A stretch of DNA of 64,000 bases from Chrysomallon squamiferum (Eukaryota; Animalia; Mollusca): the NCBI GenBank assembly GCA_012295275.1, contig CM022671.1, positions 33,170,001 to 33,234,000 on the forward strand. The letters are read 5' to 3'. The notes under the pieces were generated by a model, which was not told the origin of the DNA, searched no databases, and saw only the letters and a program-made list of their open reading frames with translations. The position numbers and the translations under genes were made by a program. This document shows, piece by piece, positions 25,428 through 53,845 of the stretch; within the stretch, counting starts at the first letter, position 1, and each line of letters starts with the position of its first letter.

Positions 25428-25811
25428 TTATTATTATTATTATTATTTTTTAAATCTTCTTCCTGAAAATCACAGTTATAATTATACGAAAGACATTTGT
25501 TTACGTAATAACCATTTAAAATAATGTCAAAATAGAATTTATTTATATAATACTCGAAAAAAAAGTAGTGTTGAAATATTTACGTATAATCTGGAGGTGG
25601 TAATTATTTTAATGGAATAGCTTAAAACTAATGTTTTCAGCGGAAATGTTTTCTTTATTATTATTATTTTTCAGAAAATATAACAAAAATATTAAATTTT
25701 ACTTTAATATAACAAAGTGTCTATATTTTGAGGTAACTAAATAAAAACAGTAGTTACCATACCTTTAGCATAGACGACACTAACAAGAATGATAAAAACA
25801 CCAAACTCCAT
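11382..25811 (-). CDS. VWDE: von Willebrand factor D and EGF domain-containing (VWDE-like) protein: signal peptide, D8C-like, Ig-like, VWD, EGF, Cys-rich and GPI-like tail; about 960 aa if two frameshifts are corrected (possible pseudogene or assembly error)
   Basis: 18 exons: 25811-25763, 22414-22220, 20728-20576, 20322-20308, 19602-19357, 18769-18683, 18480-18136, 17669-17584, 17120-17057, 16566-16381, 15505-15312, 14559-14280, 13978-13825, 13444-13264, 12868-12678, 12463-12197, 11968-11845, 11455-11382. VWD motifs CHAVSDPHMLTFDG and GLCGKF..DDF..FSNSWR; EGF motif CSSGCSGHGVCINGSCNCNENFSGPDC. Exons 5 (246 nt) and 13 (154 nt) are each 1 nt out of phase. Confidence 0.85.
13660..13835. repeat. 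Degenerate short tandem repeats of the VWDE exon-13 donor region
   Basis: Variants of (tta)cccagat at about 13664, 13710, 13755, 13778, 13797 and 13822. Confidence 0.55.
14544..14690. repeat. About 45-bp tandem repeat (3 copies) spanning the VWDE exon-12 acceptor
   Basis: Unit ctgtccac..acaatatat..aaatgttcaatattgcttt at about 14551, 14592 and 14637. Confidence 0.75.
15660..16290. repeat. About 300-bp tandem duplication in VWDE intron 10
   Basis: tttgtaatcagag at 15663 and 15963; ttctgcta(g/a)taataaagtattgcta at about 15777 and 16088. Confidence 0.85.
21145..21728. mobile_element. Non-autonomous DNA transposon (MITE-like) with arms built from GGACAAAA/TTTTGTCC subrepeats
   Basis: Inverted repeat: tgcaaggtaggacaaaagctccccag (about 21222-21247) vs ctggggacttttgtcctaccttgca (about 21621-21645). 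Further ggaca(g/a)aa+C-run motifs lie on the left and G-run+ttttgtcc motifs on the right. Confidence 0.65.
24309..24850 (-). mobile_element. Degenerate pogo/Tigger-like DNA transposon remnant
   Basis: A TIR-like ctcagtggactctg follows a (TA)n run at about 24309. The minus strand at about 24800-24680 reads QKRQRIELSEQSKVKLIS*FSSNSLCKLLNLAKQFK, resembling the CENP-B/Tigger N-terminal HTH, with stops. The segment is CpG-rich. Confidence 0.5.
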
Positions 25812-26105
25812 TGACGGATAAGTTCAGTATCTTCCTTCAATATGCGTGTGATTGTATGTCTTTTCTAAATGACACACCTATAGAACTAACTTCCTCGTCA
25901 TCTTTTCAATCACGTGATTTTAACAGTATTGCTTAATATATCCTGGTTACAACCTCTGTTTTCTCAAGTGTCAGTTATGATTTTAATATAATGATGTTTC
26001 AGAGAGGAAACCAATTTTTCCTTTGTTCCATTCACATCGATTAATATGAAGAATCTTTTATAAGCACCATACCAGTAAAATATACTACCCCTTTATCTAT
26101 TTTTC

Positions 26106-26139
<34 letters not shown>

Positions 26140-26187
26140 TGTGTAGATGTCTGCATGTGTGTGCGAATATGTGTGTGTGTGTGTGTC

Positions 26188-26218
<31 letters not shown>

Positions 26219-26807
26219 GTCAGCATCATGATGTAAACTACGGTAACGTGGCTATGTTAATTAGTTAGTTGAAAAAGACAGGCAAATATCTATTTTATTT
26301 GTGGAATAATGTCATTCCAGATGAGCCATTTACTAATGAAATACGTTATATGGGTAAGAAACAAAAGCTGATCAGTTGTCAGTTATAAACGCTTGAATAT
26401 TAAGAAATTTTGTATTTTACAAAGATAATGCTAATTTAAACAAATAAATAAAGAAAACAAAACCCCATAAACATAAAAAAAAAAAAAAAAAAAAAGTGTT
26501 TAAAAATGATAATAAAGCAATCACATGTTTAGTACCGAAACTGTATATACATATTTTGTTAATGCTGTCACTAATATACAGATGTTAAAATAATAAATAT
26601 TAAAAAAACTGAAACAAAACGGTTACAAATAAATAAATAAATAAATAAAAATAAATAAAATAAACAATTTTGTTAAAGATGCACTTTAACACATGATCAC
26701 ATAGTTATTTTATATACCATAGCTGTTTTCTTGTCAACGTTCAAATGCGATCTTTTAAACATTGATATTCCATTGTTGTCACAGTCACCAGTATTCCGCT
26801 CACTTTT

Positions 26808-26853
<46 letters not shown>

Positions 26854-26995
26854 AACTGAACCATTTAATTTATTTTATCAACAGGAAATTCTCCTCTGAC
26901 ACAAGTCACTGGGACAATTACGTCGCCGAATCAGCTACCATTACTACATCCATCCAAACATACACAAAATAATTAAACCTTATATTTGGTGAGTT

Positions 26996-27030
<35 letters not shown>

Positions 27031-27554
27031 TTATTATTTTACTGTAATTGAATAAAGCCAGAAAAATTAATCATATATATGTTATGTATGTGATTTGAAT
27101 GTATGTGTGTACACAACAATAATCATATTAAAATACAAATATCGGAAACTGTATACTTTAAGTGTCGTCTTCGGTCAGCTTATTTACGTAGTCGCTGACT
27201 GAATTTGTATTCTTTATGTGATATTTTCAGTAAATGTATTTGGCCATTGACTGAAATTGATTACTTTATGTAATATTTTAATTAAAATTATTTAGTCAGG
27301 GTCATATATTGATTAGTATTTGTGACATTTTCAGTAAATGTTTAAAATCATTAACTGAAACTCAGTGTGTTGTATTCAGTAACCAACAAAATGTTAGCAA
27401 ATCCACACTTAAAGTTTATGCATAATCAATAAAAACGGGATTCAGGATGTAAAAATTGGGCACGAGTATTTATAGAAGAATAATAATAGTATAATAATAC
27501 ATATTATCTCATTCGTTTTCGTCACGTCTTTAATTTTTAATTTTTTTTTTTTTT

Positions 27555-27815
27555 TTTTTTTAGCGACAGTGAGGAACAGGCGTTCCCAGTTTTTATCTTC
27601 TTTCTTGTTAGCATCATCTTCACTGAAGGTAATGTAGCTAACATCTTTATTTACGTTTTTCAAAACACAGATCCAGTCAATATTTATGTTTTATTAAAGG
27701 TAATATATATTTTGAAATGTTGATTAATATATTTTTTTTAATTTAGTTATAATTTGTTAATTTTTTCAAAAAAAATGTATATAATTACTGTGGTTTTTTT
27801 TGTTTTTTTCATTCG

Positions 27816-27858
<43 letters not shown>

Positions 27859-27969
27859 TATTTATTATTATTTTTATTTTGTGACATATTTAAAAATTCA
27901 ATAATTATTTTTACGCATGTGTGAATTACCTAATGTTTTGTTTTCATTTCTTTTGAGATACATTCTTGT

Positions 27970-28002
<33 letters not shown>

Positions 28003-28028
28003 AATAATAATAATAATAATATTTATTG

Positions 28029-28068
<40 letters not shown>

Positions 28069-30272
28069 TGATGTGTGGTTGTTGTTGTCATTTTTATTAT
28101 TAATTAATTAATTTATTTATTTATTTATTTATTTAATTTTTAATTTTCTATAGTATACTCATGTTTATGATTTTATGTTATGTGAAGGTTAATTTGTTTT
28201 GTATTACTGTTTTTGTCTGTGCTTTTAATTTATTAATTTTACAAGACTTATTAATTACGTAATATACATAATGGTATACTTAAAGCTGCAGTTGGTATTT
28301 ACATGACTGTTTCTTATAATTTTATTTACAGTTATTATTTAAAAAATATACTCTTGAGACAAAGTGATGTTAAATTAATCATTTACTGTAGGAGATCCCT
28401 GTGAGGACTACACTAAGTTTCCCAACGAAGAAAGACGGGATACAAATTACCCCCTCAGAACTGATCAGTCTCGCTTTTCTGACAGATACTTGGACGAAAC
28501 ATGGTATGGAAGTAAATTAAACATTACCTCAGTAATGCCTCCACGTTTTGTGTGTGGTACCTATTTTCCTATCTGGGCAAAAGAAGGTAAGCAGATTGAC
28601 ACTAACATCATAAATAAATAAATAAATAAATAAATAAACAAATAAATAAATAAATAATAAAAAATAATAAATAAAACGAAAATGAAAAAAAAAAAAAAAA
28701 AAAAAAAAATTAAAAATATAATAATAATAAATAAATAAAAATAAAAAAGATATGAGAATAATAAAAAAAAATATTTTAGCCAAAAATCGTTACAGATCAT
28801 ATATCCATTAGCCATAATTTAGAAATTCGATAATTAATTAATTAATTTATTTATTATAATTAATACGTTCAGACATAAATACATACATGTGCTAACAAAC
28901 ATCAAATTAATTACACACATACAGTAAGTCCATACATACATACATCCATACATAAAACAAACCCTCACACAAAAAAATAAAAATAAATAAAACACAAAAA
29001 GAACAGCAACATACACACATATGTACGTATTTATATACAAGTAACCACAGTTGTAAACGCAAAATGATTTCGTACAAAAGAAAAATGACAGCCGTTTCCT
29101 TACTCAGTTTCAGATGTAACCAACGATGATGGAACTGTGGACGTAACAATGTGTATACATGTTTTAGAAAACTGTTCTTCGTCGTTTGTAGTGAAAGCAA
29201 AATACTGCGACTCTCACGTTGTTTATTTTCTCACAAGAACACCCCTTGATTCTGTCTACTGTCTCGGTAAGAGATTAAGTAAATGTAAATATGCTCGTCA
29301 CAGGAATAGAGACACAAATAGTCAGATATATACATTAACACAGAGATAAATAGAGAGAAATACAGACTGACAGACTGAAAGATACAGAGATACGGATTTA
29401 TTTCAAATTACTTATTATTGATATTATTATTATTATTTTAAACCTGATTGTTTTGTTAACCTACATACTTGTAAAGAGAATTTCTTTAATGCGTAATTAT
29501 TTTTTAAAATTATTTTTCTTTCTTTTTTTTTTTTTTTTTTTTTTATGTTTATTATATTTTATTTAATGATTATGTTAATGTAATTTATTCTTGCTTTTAT
29601 TCAGGTGCTCAGACCAACTGTAAGTTGACAGTTTTCAGTATTAAAATAGATAATATACAATATATTCATATACATACATACATATATGGGGGTAAGGCCG
29701 TCACAAAACAGTAACAAGAAAACAATAAATAAATAAATAAATAAATAAATAAAATAAAATAAAATAAAATAAAATTCTTTCTATAAAATTTCGTAATATT
29801 ATTTTCATAATATATAACATGTACTTTATTTTATTAATTTTTATTTTTATTATTATTATTTTTTAACACTTCATTATTCTGAAGTTGTTATTTATTTATT
29901 TATTTATTTATTTACAGTGCCGACGTACACAAAAATTCCAGTTATCGAAGCCGATTTGAAAAAAGTTAACAAATTGTCAGATGTTTTATGTAATTATGAA
30001 AAGCATGACAACGACGACGTCTACTATACTGTATATTGGTACATCAACGACACATACTGTTATGCTTCTAGCTCGCATCAGTGGTTAGATCGAGAGAAAA
30101 ATAACAAACTGGTCGAAGCGACAGCGATGAATGAATGCATCACAACAACAAGTTTTAACGTGAGTAACTATTAACACTTTTCAATAAATATAAATATATT
30201 TTATTTGTCAAAACAGTTATTATTATATATTATATAATATATTATATAATAATAATTGATTTATTGAACTAA

Positions 30273-30310
<38 letters not shown>

Positions 30311-32980
30311 TATTATTATTATTACCATAATCATTAATTTCACTATTATTATCATCATCAATTTTAATGGCATTATAATAATAATGTTATCACCATCATC
30401 ATCATCATCACCATCATCATTATCATCGTTATTATTATTATGTGTATATATATATGAATATGGCGGTTCGTCTGTGTTATATTGTTTTCTACTGTAGGAT
30501 TTTATTTATTTTTATTTTTTTTATATAAATGTAAAATTATTTTTTAAGATAACGTGTGGTATACGAATAAGCGATGAAGACCTGCCAGGTGGAAGTGTGC
30601 CAGTTTTCGGACAACCAGTGTTCTTTGACATCAAGACAAATGTTTCTGTAATCTCTTTGTATTTTCTCAAAGTATATATCATAGGAATTTTTCTTTCTTT
30701 CTCTTTTTAATTTTTATTTTATGTATACAGTTTTGACAAACAACAAAACTAAAATATATTTTATTATTATCTTCGAAAGAAGAGAAAGTGACAGAATCTC
30801 GAAATCTACTACTTTTAGTAATATTATTGTGTTTTATTTTCAGTAAAGGAAGCATACAAAATTTTATATATATGCCGTTTTTCATGCAGGATTACTGTGT
30901 TCCTGATGGAGAGTGTAATGAGATTGGTTCTAAATGTCTGGAAGACGCATGTTTGGTGTGTTCAGCCTCTGAAAAGGGCAAAACCTGGCAAATATATTCA
31001 AGTAAGATCCTTCTGCTTCTTCTTCTTCTTCTTATTATTATTAACATTATTTAGCTATGTGAATTTCAGAATGTGTTCTCCCCACCACAAATTTACGTGC
31101 AATACATATAGATACACACACATATATATACAGACTCACATACAATACATACTTACTTCTATAATACAGGGACATTTCTTATTGTGCAGTATCAAGACAT
31201 TTTTTTAAACCAGAACATTTAACACAGAAAATAACGTACTCTATAAAGTTATAAATCTGTGTGTATATGTACCACAATAACAAATTAAAATGTATATACT
31301 TGTGTCTATCTGTATGTGTGTATGTATTTAAAATGTTTTAATTATTGTTGTTGTTGATGTTATTAATATTACTATTCTTTTAGCATGTGGAGCTGCTGTT
31401 GTGTTCGTCCAGTGGTGCGTGATGATGATGTCGGTGTTAATCATCTCTGTCTTGTGAAAGAGTTTAACATGAGATAAATGACAGCCATCCATACCGAAAC
31501 TATCGAGTTAACTGACAAAATACTTGTGTTTGAAAACTGGAATCAAATAAAATAATCGAAGAAGCAAACATAATTATTATTAGAATTATTGTTTGCAATT
31601 AGTTTATTAGTTTATATAGAGCCAAAGATAAAATATGACTTTATTTTAACATTGTGACTGTCAGTTATATTCTGTTTTGTAACATTTGTTTTGCATTTTA
31701 TTTTATGACTTGAATTTTCTTTTTTAAATTACATTATTATTATTATTATTATTATTATGTATCCATTATTGTCAGATTTCGTGTGATGTAAATAATACAA
31801 GATATCAGTCATACTTAAATAAAACTATATGTATGATCTGAAGACAAACGTACATATTAATAGCTTATTACTGTTATTTTTGGAGATGCTTAATGTATCT
31901 ATAAATCAGAATGAATTATAAACTTTAATAAAGATACATACATCACATTAAATGTACATTTAAAAGTTAAGTTAACATTTGTATTGTCAGTGGATATAAC
32001 AAGACAAAATCAAACATACTGAATTCAATATTTGTATGCTTGTAAATTTTAATTTTTTTTGTTTTTAGGGAAGTTTACTCATATATTACATGATAGATTT
32101 ATGATACTATTATACATTTTGATGTTACAAAAAAATATATATATAATAAATAAAAAAATAAAAAATATTTGAGACAGATCGAGGAAATTGTTTTATGTTA
32201 CCAAGTATACTAAGAAATAGTATTAATTAAAACCTAAATATGTATTATTTCATGCCATTTTTTAATGTATTATTCCTTCCAGTTTAATTTTTAATGAACA
32301 AAATATAAATTACATTAGAATTAATTTCTATAAGATTAATTTCACTTGAAATCCGATTTGTAAGTAATGTATAGCTTTATTACAAATTAAATAAAGTAAA
32401 CTGGAATGTAAAACAGACAACTCAGATTTAAATATTTATTATGAAGTCTAACACTAACATACGTATTTTACCTGACAATAAACTAACATTTAAATAACAA
32501 ATGGATGTTACGAGTTTATGAAGCTGAACAAAATAATGCATAACATTAACATCTAAGCAAAACAGATCTGAACACTTAAGACAAACACCTTAAAAAAAAA
32601 TTGTGATGGTGTTAACAAATAATCTTAATACATTCTGTATACATTTATGAATATTTTATTTCACATTAAAGGGCATCTAAAAGAGGTCTAGTTTCATTCT
32701 GGATACTTTGTTTTGTTTGTGCAAGCCATGATTTTTATTAATAAAATATAATAATATAACACTGAAGGTAACAAAGGGACATTTTCCTTTTTTTCTAATT
32801 TCTTCATACTGTTATGTATTGCTGATTTTTTCTTTTTTAAGTATATGAAACTAGTAAATACCGGTTATTTATAGAGGATCAGCTGTCTTTTCAAATCAGT
32901 TTTCAATTTTGTATTTATTTGTAAGAATATAAAAGGCTTTAGATTTTGCATTATTAAAACCAAAATAAAACTTGATTTAA
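27555..32980 (+). repeat. Segmental duplication, copy B (source-side copy next to intact SMC1)
   Basis: Colinear with about 100-5610. The alignment ends at aaaataaaacttgattt (about 32978 and about 5608). Confidence 0.93.
27562..31457 (+). pseudogene. Mini-VWDE-like gene, copy B; start codon deleted and exon-6 donor destroyed
   Basis: Exons about 27580-27628, 28392-28586, 29114-29266, 29605-29619, 29918-30159, 30549-30635, 30890-31001, 31384-31457. The 39 nt matching copy A 132-170, which include the ATG, are absent (gaggaacag|gcgttccc), and there is an in-frame TAA at 27538. The exon-6 donor is AAG|ACAAATG instead of AAG|GTAAATG. Confidence 0.82.
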
Positions 32981-33402
32981 AAACATTCTTTGTTTTCAGT
33001 CACATTTGAATGATTTTATTTCTTTTGTCACATTCAACAAAAGCTCCGTTTAGACAGCTGTCCGATTCTGCATAAACTGAAATCATACATATAAATTATA
33101 CATATCTATATGCATATATATCTGTATGTATATATATATATAAGAATGTAAAAATGTGCACTCAAATCAGCTACTAAAAACATACCTGAACTAACAGATA
33201 CATTAACAGAAAGATTACTTCATAATGACTAATGAATGAATGATTATTATTTACACAGTAGAACATGATGACATGAAATAAATGAAATGTGATAAAATAA
33301 ACAGTGTTTTTTTAGTTGTGTAACACTGACGGCTGTCTGGTATACTGATGATGTCAGACGTCTGAAATATTTTGAATGTGATGATTATCAAGTGTTGTGT
33401 TG

Positions 33403-49335
<15,933 letters not shown>

Positions 49336-49695
49336 TTTAGAAACGAAAAAGATTTGTCTAGTTTTACACGTAAAACATAATAAATCTGCAAGCGATCAGA
49401 ATTTGTTTGTAAACAAATTCCAAAAGTGTCATCAAATAAAAGAATTATCAATTTTAGCGCGGATAGATGTCGCTGTTATCGAACGGAAGTTATACTAACA
49501 AAGTCAACTATATATTCTGGCTTTATTTCTGAAACTAACTCAAAGCTATAACCGTTTAAATTTAATGGTAATTTTATTTAGCATGGAGAAAATAGCAATA
49601 AATCCACATAAATTATTACTGAATAACTTAGGTGACAAAGACCTTGGCGTACATGCATAATATTTTATTTTGAAATAGAAAAAAAAAATAATTAA

Positions 49696-49740
<45 letters not shown>

Positions 49741-50430
49741 AAAGAAAAAAAGAAAGAAAGAAAAATAATAAATAAAATAAATAAATAAATAAACGAAAAC
49801 TATTACGTTTATTACCAACAAAGGTTAAGATACGACATTTGCAATATTATTCATATGTGGTTAAATGATTTCTTGATACGTTATTAAAAGAAAAATTAAA
49901 TCAGTTAAAGCTAGATTTGTTGAATCAATCTTGTGTTTTGTTTTACTTATTCTCTCTCCTATTTATTTTACAAAATGCCCCAAAAGTTTGTTTTTTATTC
50001 AGTGTAACATTAACGACTATATCATTATAACGTTGAAAGAAAAGATGCTGGAGTATGGTTTAAAGACGGTAATGACTTATTTTTAACTTTAATCGGTCGT
50101 TTATAGCATTATACCGAACCAACAAAATTTCGGAGATTATCTTGGCTATTTATTACAAGTAAAATGTAATACAAATATTGTAAAATAAATTCTCTTCTCT
50201 TTATAATATATGTTGCATATTAGAAACGGACGTGCATTCATACAAATAAATAGATAAATCTTATAACTTATTAATAGTACACAAGTTTCTAATAGCCAAT
50301 CACCACACACCTTTTACTTTAACCTTAACAACAGCATAAACTTAGCAACGGCGTCGAAGGTTGTTTAGATGTGAGAGACGACGGATCCATTTTATTTTAA
50401 CAGTAAATCTTTCGGACACAAGCCAGCAAA
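49336..50430. promoter_or_regulatory. Bidirectional promoter region shared by SMC1 and RIBC
   Basis: Divergent ATGs lie 1.1 kb apart. SMC1 side: TTTAGCGCGG (E2F/CDE-like, 49453-49462) and CGGAAGT (ETS, 49484-49490). RIBC side: CCAAT (50296-50300) and TAGCAAC (RFX X-box half site, 50343-50349). Confidence 0.65.
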
Positions 50431-53400
50431 ATGTATAAACTCGATCTGCCGGTGGATTACAAAGAGGCGTCTGCCATTGAAAGGCGACGAAAAATGGAAG
50501 AAGACAGAAAGTCTAGAATATTTAATGCTAAAGTCAGAACGATCGGGGTAAGTAAATTTGGATTTTGTAATTTTGTTTGCCATCCTAATCCTTAATTAAT
50601 AATACCGTTATGAAAAAGTAGTTTTAACAACTGTGATATAAATGATTGTCATGACTACAATGGATATAAGTATTTTTACATTATTGTGTTATTCTGGTGT
50701 TTTAATGTACTTGTGTACTTTAATATTACGTATCTGTTGAAATACATACATACACACATACATACATACAACGATACATACATACATATATTTATACACA
50801 TTATTGTACATGTATACATCTTACATAAATCAGAAATGGAAAAAATATGATTAATATATGAATTTAGATTGATTTAAAATTTAAAACTAAAATGTCTAAG
50901 AATGTATTGTATAAGTTAAAGACTTTCATAAATAAATTCTTTAAGAGTATAACAATCACTGTATGATAATAAATAATGAACTATCTTGGATGTATGCTGA
51001 TTATGATGCTTGAATGACCATATATTTTAATTGTTAATGATTTATTTATTTATTTATTTGTTTTCTAGGTTGATGCACAAGCATTGACACAACAAGCACG
51101 TGACAAAGCCCAACAAGAAGAATACGAGCGAAGAAGACATGAAGCTTTTGGTGAACAAAATATATTTTTAAAATTCTCAAGTTAACTAAAAATATATAAA
51201 TATAATATTTATTATCAGTACAAATATAGTTCAGTATTTTGGATGTAAGAATGGGGATAATATATATGGCATAGAAACTACATGCATTTTTCAAATTCTT
51301 TAATGGATTTATGTTTAATTTCTGCACCAGTAGAAATTCTTCTTCTTATTATTATTCTTAATGTTGTTATTATTATTATTATGTTATTGTTAATGTTGTT
51401 ATTATTATTATTAGTAGCAGTATTGTGTTATCTTTATTATTAATGTTGTTGTTTTTGTTATGTTATTGTTATTATTATGATTAATGTTGTTGTTATTGTA
51501 TTTATTATATTATTATTAAAGCTGCTGATGCTTTGAGGAATGACCGAATAGCTCTGTTGCTGGAGAAACGACAGAAACAGGATATTTATGAATTGAACCG
51601 AGCTGAAAATGAATTCCGCGCCCTACATCAGCAGCCGTCCAGTCGTCGTGAATGGGACCTCTACGATCCAGACCACCTTAAAAAGGACAAACCAGCACGT
51701 GTCCATGACGACGACCCTCGGTGTGGCGTGTCTAGCATTCAGAAATTCGATGGAGAGGATCTGAACAGCAAAGCAAGAAAGAAGTTTCAAATGGAGCAGT
51801 ACCGAGAGTGGTGTGAACAGCAGAAGAAGGAGAAGGAGCTTGCTGAGAAATACCAGAAAGAGGCCGACAGACTGTACGAGTTAAAGATGAGAGAACTCGA
51901 TGAGCGAGCTGTGGAACTTGACAATGCAGAGAAACAGTGCAGAAGAGCCATAGAGATGGCCACCAAAGATTACAATGCAGCACAGGTAAAATGATTTAGT
52001 TATTTTAACACAGCAGTACAAATATGAATATAAATAACTGTGTATTGTACAGTTTAAACTTATTTATTTATTATATATGTAATATATCTATTTATAAATA
52101 ATGAAAGATTAAGTTTTGTTATTATAATGAAACATTAAGTTTTGTTATTATTTAGTAGAATATTAGGATATTTATCTGATCATTTATTTATTATCTGACT
52201 ACATTCTATTCAGTAATTTTATTCAGATTGTTACTGTGTCTGTCTGTCTGTTAGTAAAATTGTCATTTATCTATCTATATAAATATTGTTAACAAAAAAA
52301 ATTAATAGTAATAATAATAAATATTTTGTGTATCAAATGCAAAGTTACCAATGCTACAAAAGAACAACAACAGAAACAACAACCCAAAGACAAAAAAAAA
52401 CACCCCAAAAACCCCTATTAAATATGTTTCAGTATCATTTGTTTGTGTTCTTTCTTTATGACAATCATTTCAATTTCTTTTTGTTTCCATCAGAGTGTGT
52501 GTTTTTTCATTCTGGCTAGTACACACGTGTGCATAATAAATCATTTCCTGTCTGTGAGAAAATACATAAAGATATATCTTGTTGCAAATCAGTGCTGCAT
52601 TGTTGGTTTTCTTTCCTGTACTGTAATTGAAAAATTACTTTATAAATCTTGATACAAAAATTTACAGAGGTGTGCATCAGATGTTCATTCATTGACCTAT
52701 CTGCTTATTCATCCATCCACTTATTCATTTATTCCTTTATTCAGGACAGAGAAAGGAAAGAAAGAGAAGCTTTGGCTAGACAGCAGGAGCTGGATGATAA
52801 TGCCACAGAGATTGCCAACCACATATTTGGTGACATCCTCACAGAAAACCCAGCTGTGGCTCAGAGTGCATTTGGAGCTCACCGGGTTATACCAGACAGA
52901 TTCAAAGGCATGACTCCACAGCAGCTGGAAGATATTCGCAAACAGCAGGAAATTCAGAGAATGGAGAAACAGGTAAGAATTCTACAAAAGGAACATTTCA
53001 TATAGTGTGTATGTGGACAGTTTTTCATATATAAGTATTTGGATAGTGACAGTTCTGTATAATGTGTATTTACATACAGACACTTCTGTATAATCTGTAT
53101 TTACGTACTGACAGTTCTGTATAATGTGTATTTACATACTGACAGTTCTGTGTAATGTATATTTACATACAGACACTTCTGTATAATGTGTATTTACATA
53201 CAGACACTTCTGTATAATGTGTATTTACATACTGACAGTTCTGTGTAATGTATATTCACATGCTGACAATCTTTTGTTTAGACACTTAAGGAAATGGTAC
53301 TACTACTACTACTACTACTAATAATAATAATAATGATATTCTAATATTTAAATTTCACAAAATTATGTTTGTAATATTTAAATTTTACAAAGTTTCATTT

Positions 53401-53845
53401 TTAATATCTGAATTTGACAAAATTACATTGTTAATATTTAAATTTTACAAAGTTACAATTTTAATATTTAAATTTAACAAAGTTTCATTTTTAATATTTA
53501 CATTTTACAAAATTACCTTTTTAATATTTAAATTGGAAATTTATAATTTTATTATTTAAATAAAATGTTTATATCATTTTATTAATCTCCTGTCAGAGAC
53601 TGAAGCAGGAAGAAGAACTACGAGACAAAGAATGGGAACGTCAGGCCATCAACAACGCCCGCGCTGCGTTACTTCTTGAGAGAGAGAATGAACGAAAGAA
53701 GCGAGAACTGGAAAAACAGCTGGCTGATGAAAACAGGAGGTTATCCCAGGAACAACATGCTCATAAAAACTATCTGTACAAGGAAGTTTACACCAACCCA
53801 CCGACAGCAGCTTATTTCATGCAGTTTAATACAACCACTCGGTAA
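50431..53845 (+). CDS. RIBC2: RIB43A-like coiled-coil protein (ciliary microtubule inner protein; RIBC1/RIBC2 family), 379 aa
   Basis: Five exons 50431-50547, 51069-51150, 51522-51985, 52745-52972, 53597-53845 total 1140 nt. Motifs MYKLDLP..RIFNAKVRTIG, RREWDLYDP..DDDPRCG..QKFDGEDL, ENPAVAQSAFGAHRVIPDRFKGM, and C-terminal YFMQFNTTTR*. AATAAA at about 53909. Confidence 0.95.
53046..53270. repeat. 31-bp minisatellite, about 7 copies, in RIBC intron 4
   Basis: Unit gaca(g/c)ttctgtataatgtgtatttacatac(a/t). Confidence 0.92.
53340..53535. repeat. 30-bp minisatellite, about 6.5 copies, in RIBC intron 4
   Basis: Unit ttaatatttaaattttacaaa(g/a)tt(t/a)cattt with period 30. Confidence 0.9.

Noticed and set aside
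27170-27380. Recurrent gactgaa / attttcagtaaatgt motifs upstream of mini copy B
   Set aside because: Too degenerate to call as an element or regulatory array.
51732-51983. 83-aa ORF antisense to RIBC exon 3 (and similar ORFs antisense to SMC1 exons)
   Set aside because: Shadow ORFs of real coding exons with no independent support.
53046-53535. Regular 30-31 bp repeats as a possible CRISPR array
   Set aside because: Units are contiguous with no unique spacers, they lie in a eukaryotic intron, and no cas genes are present.
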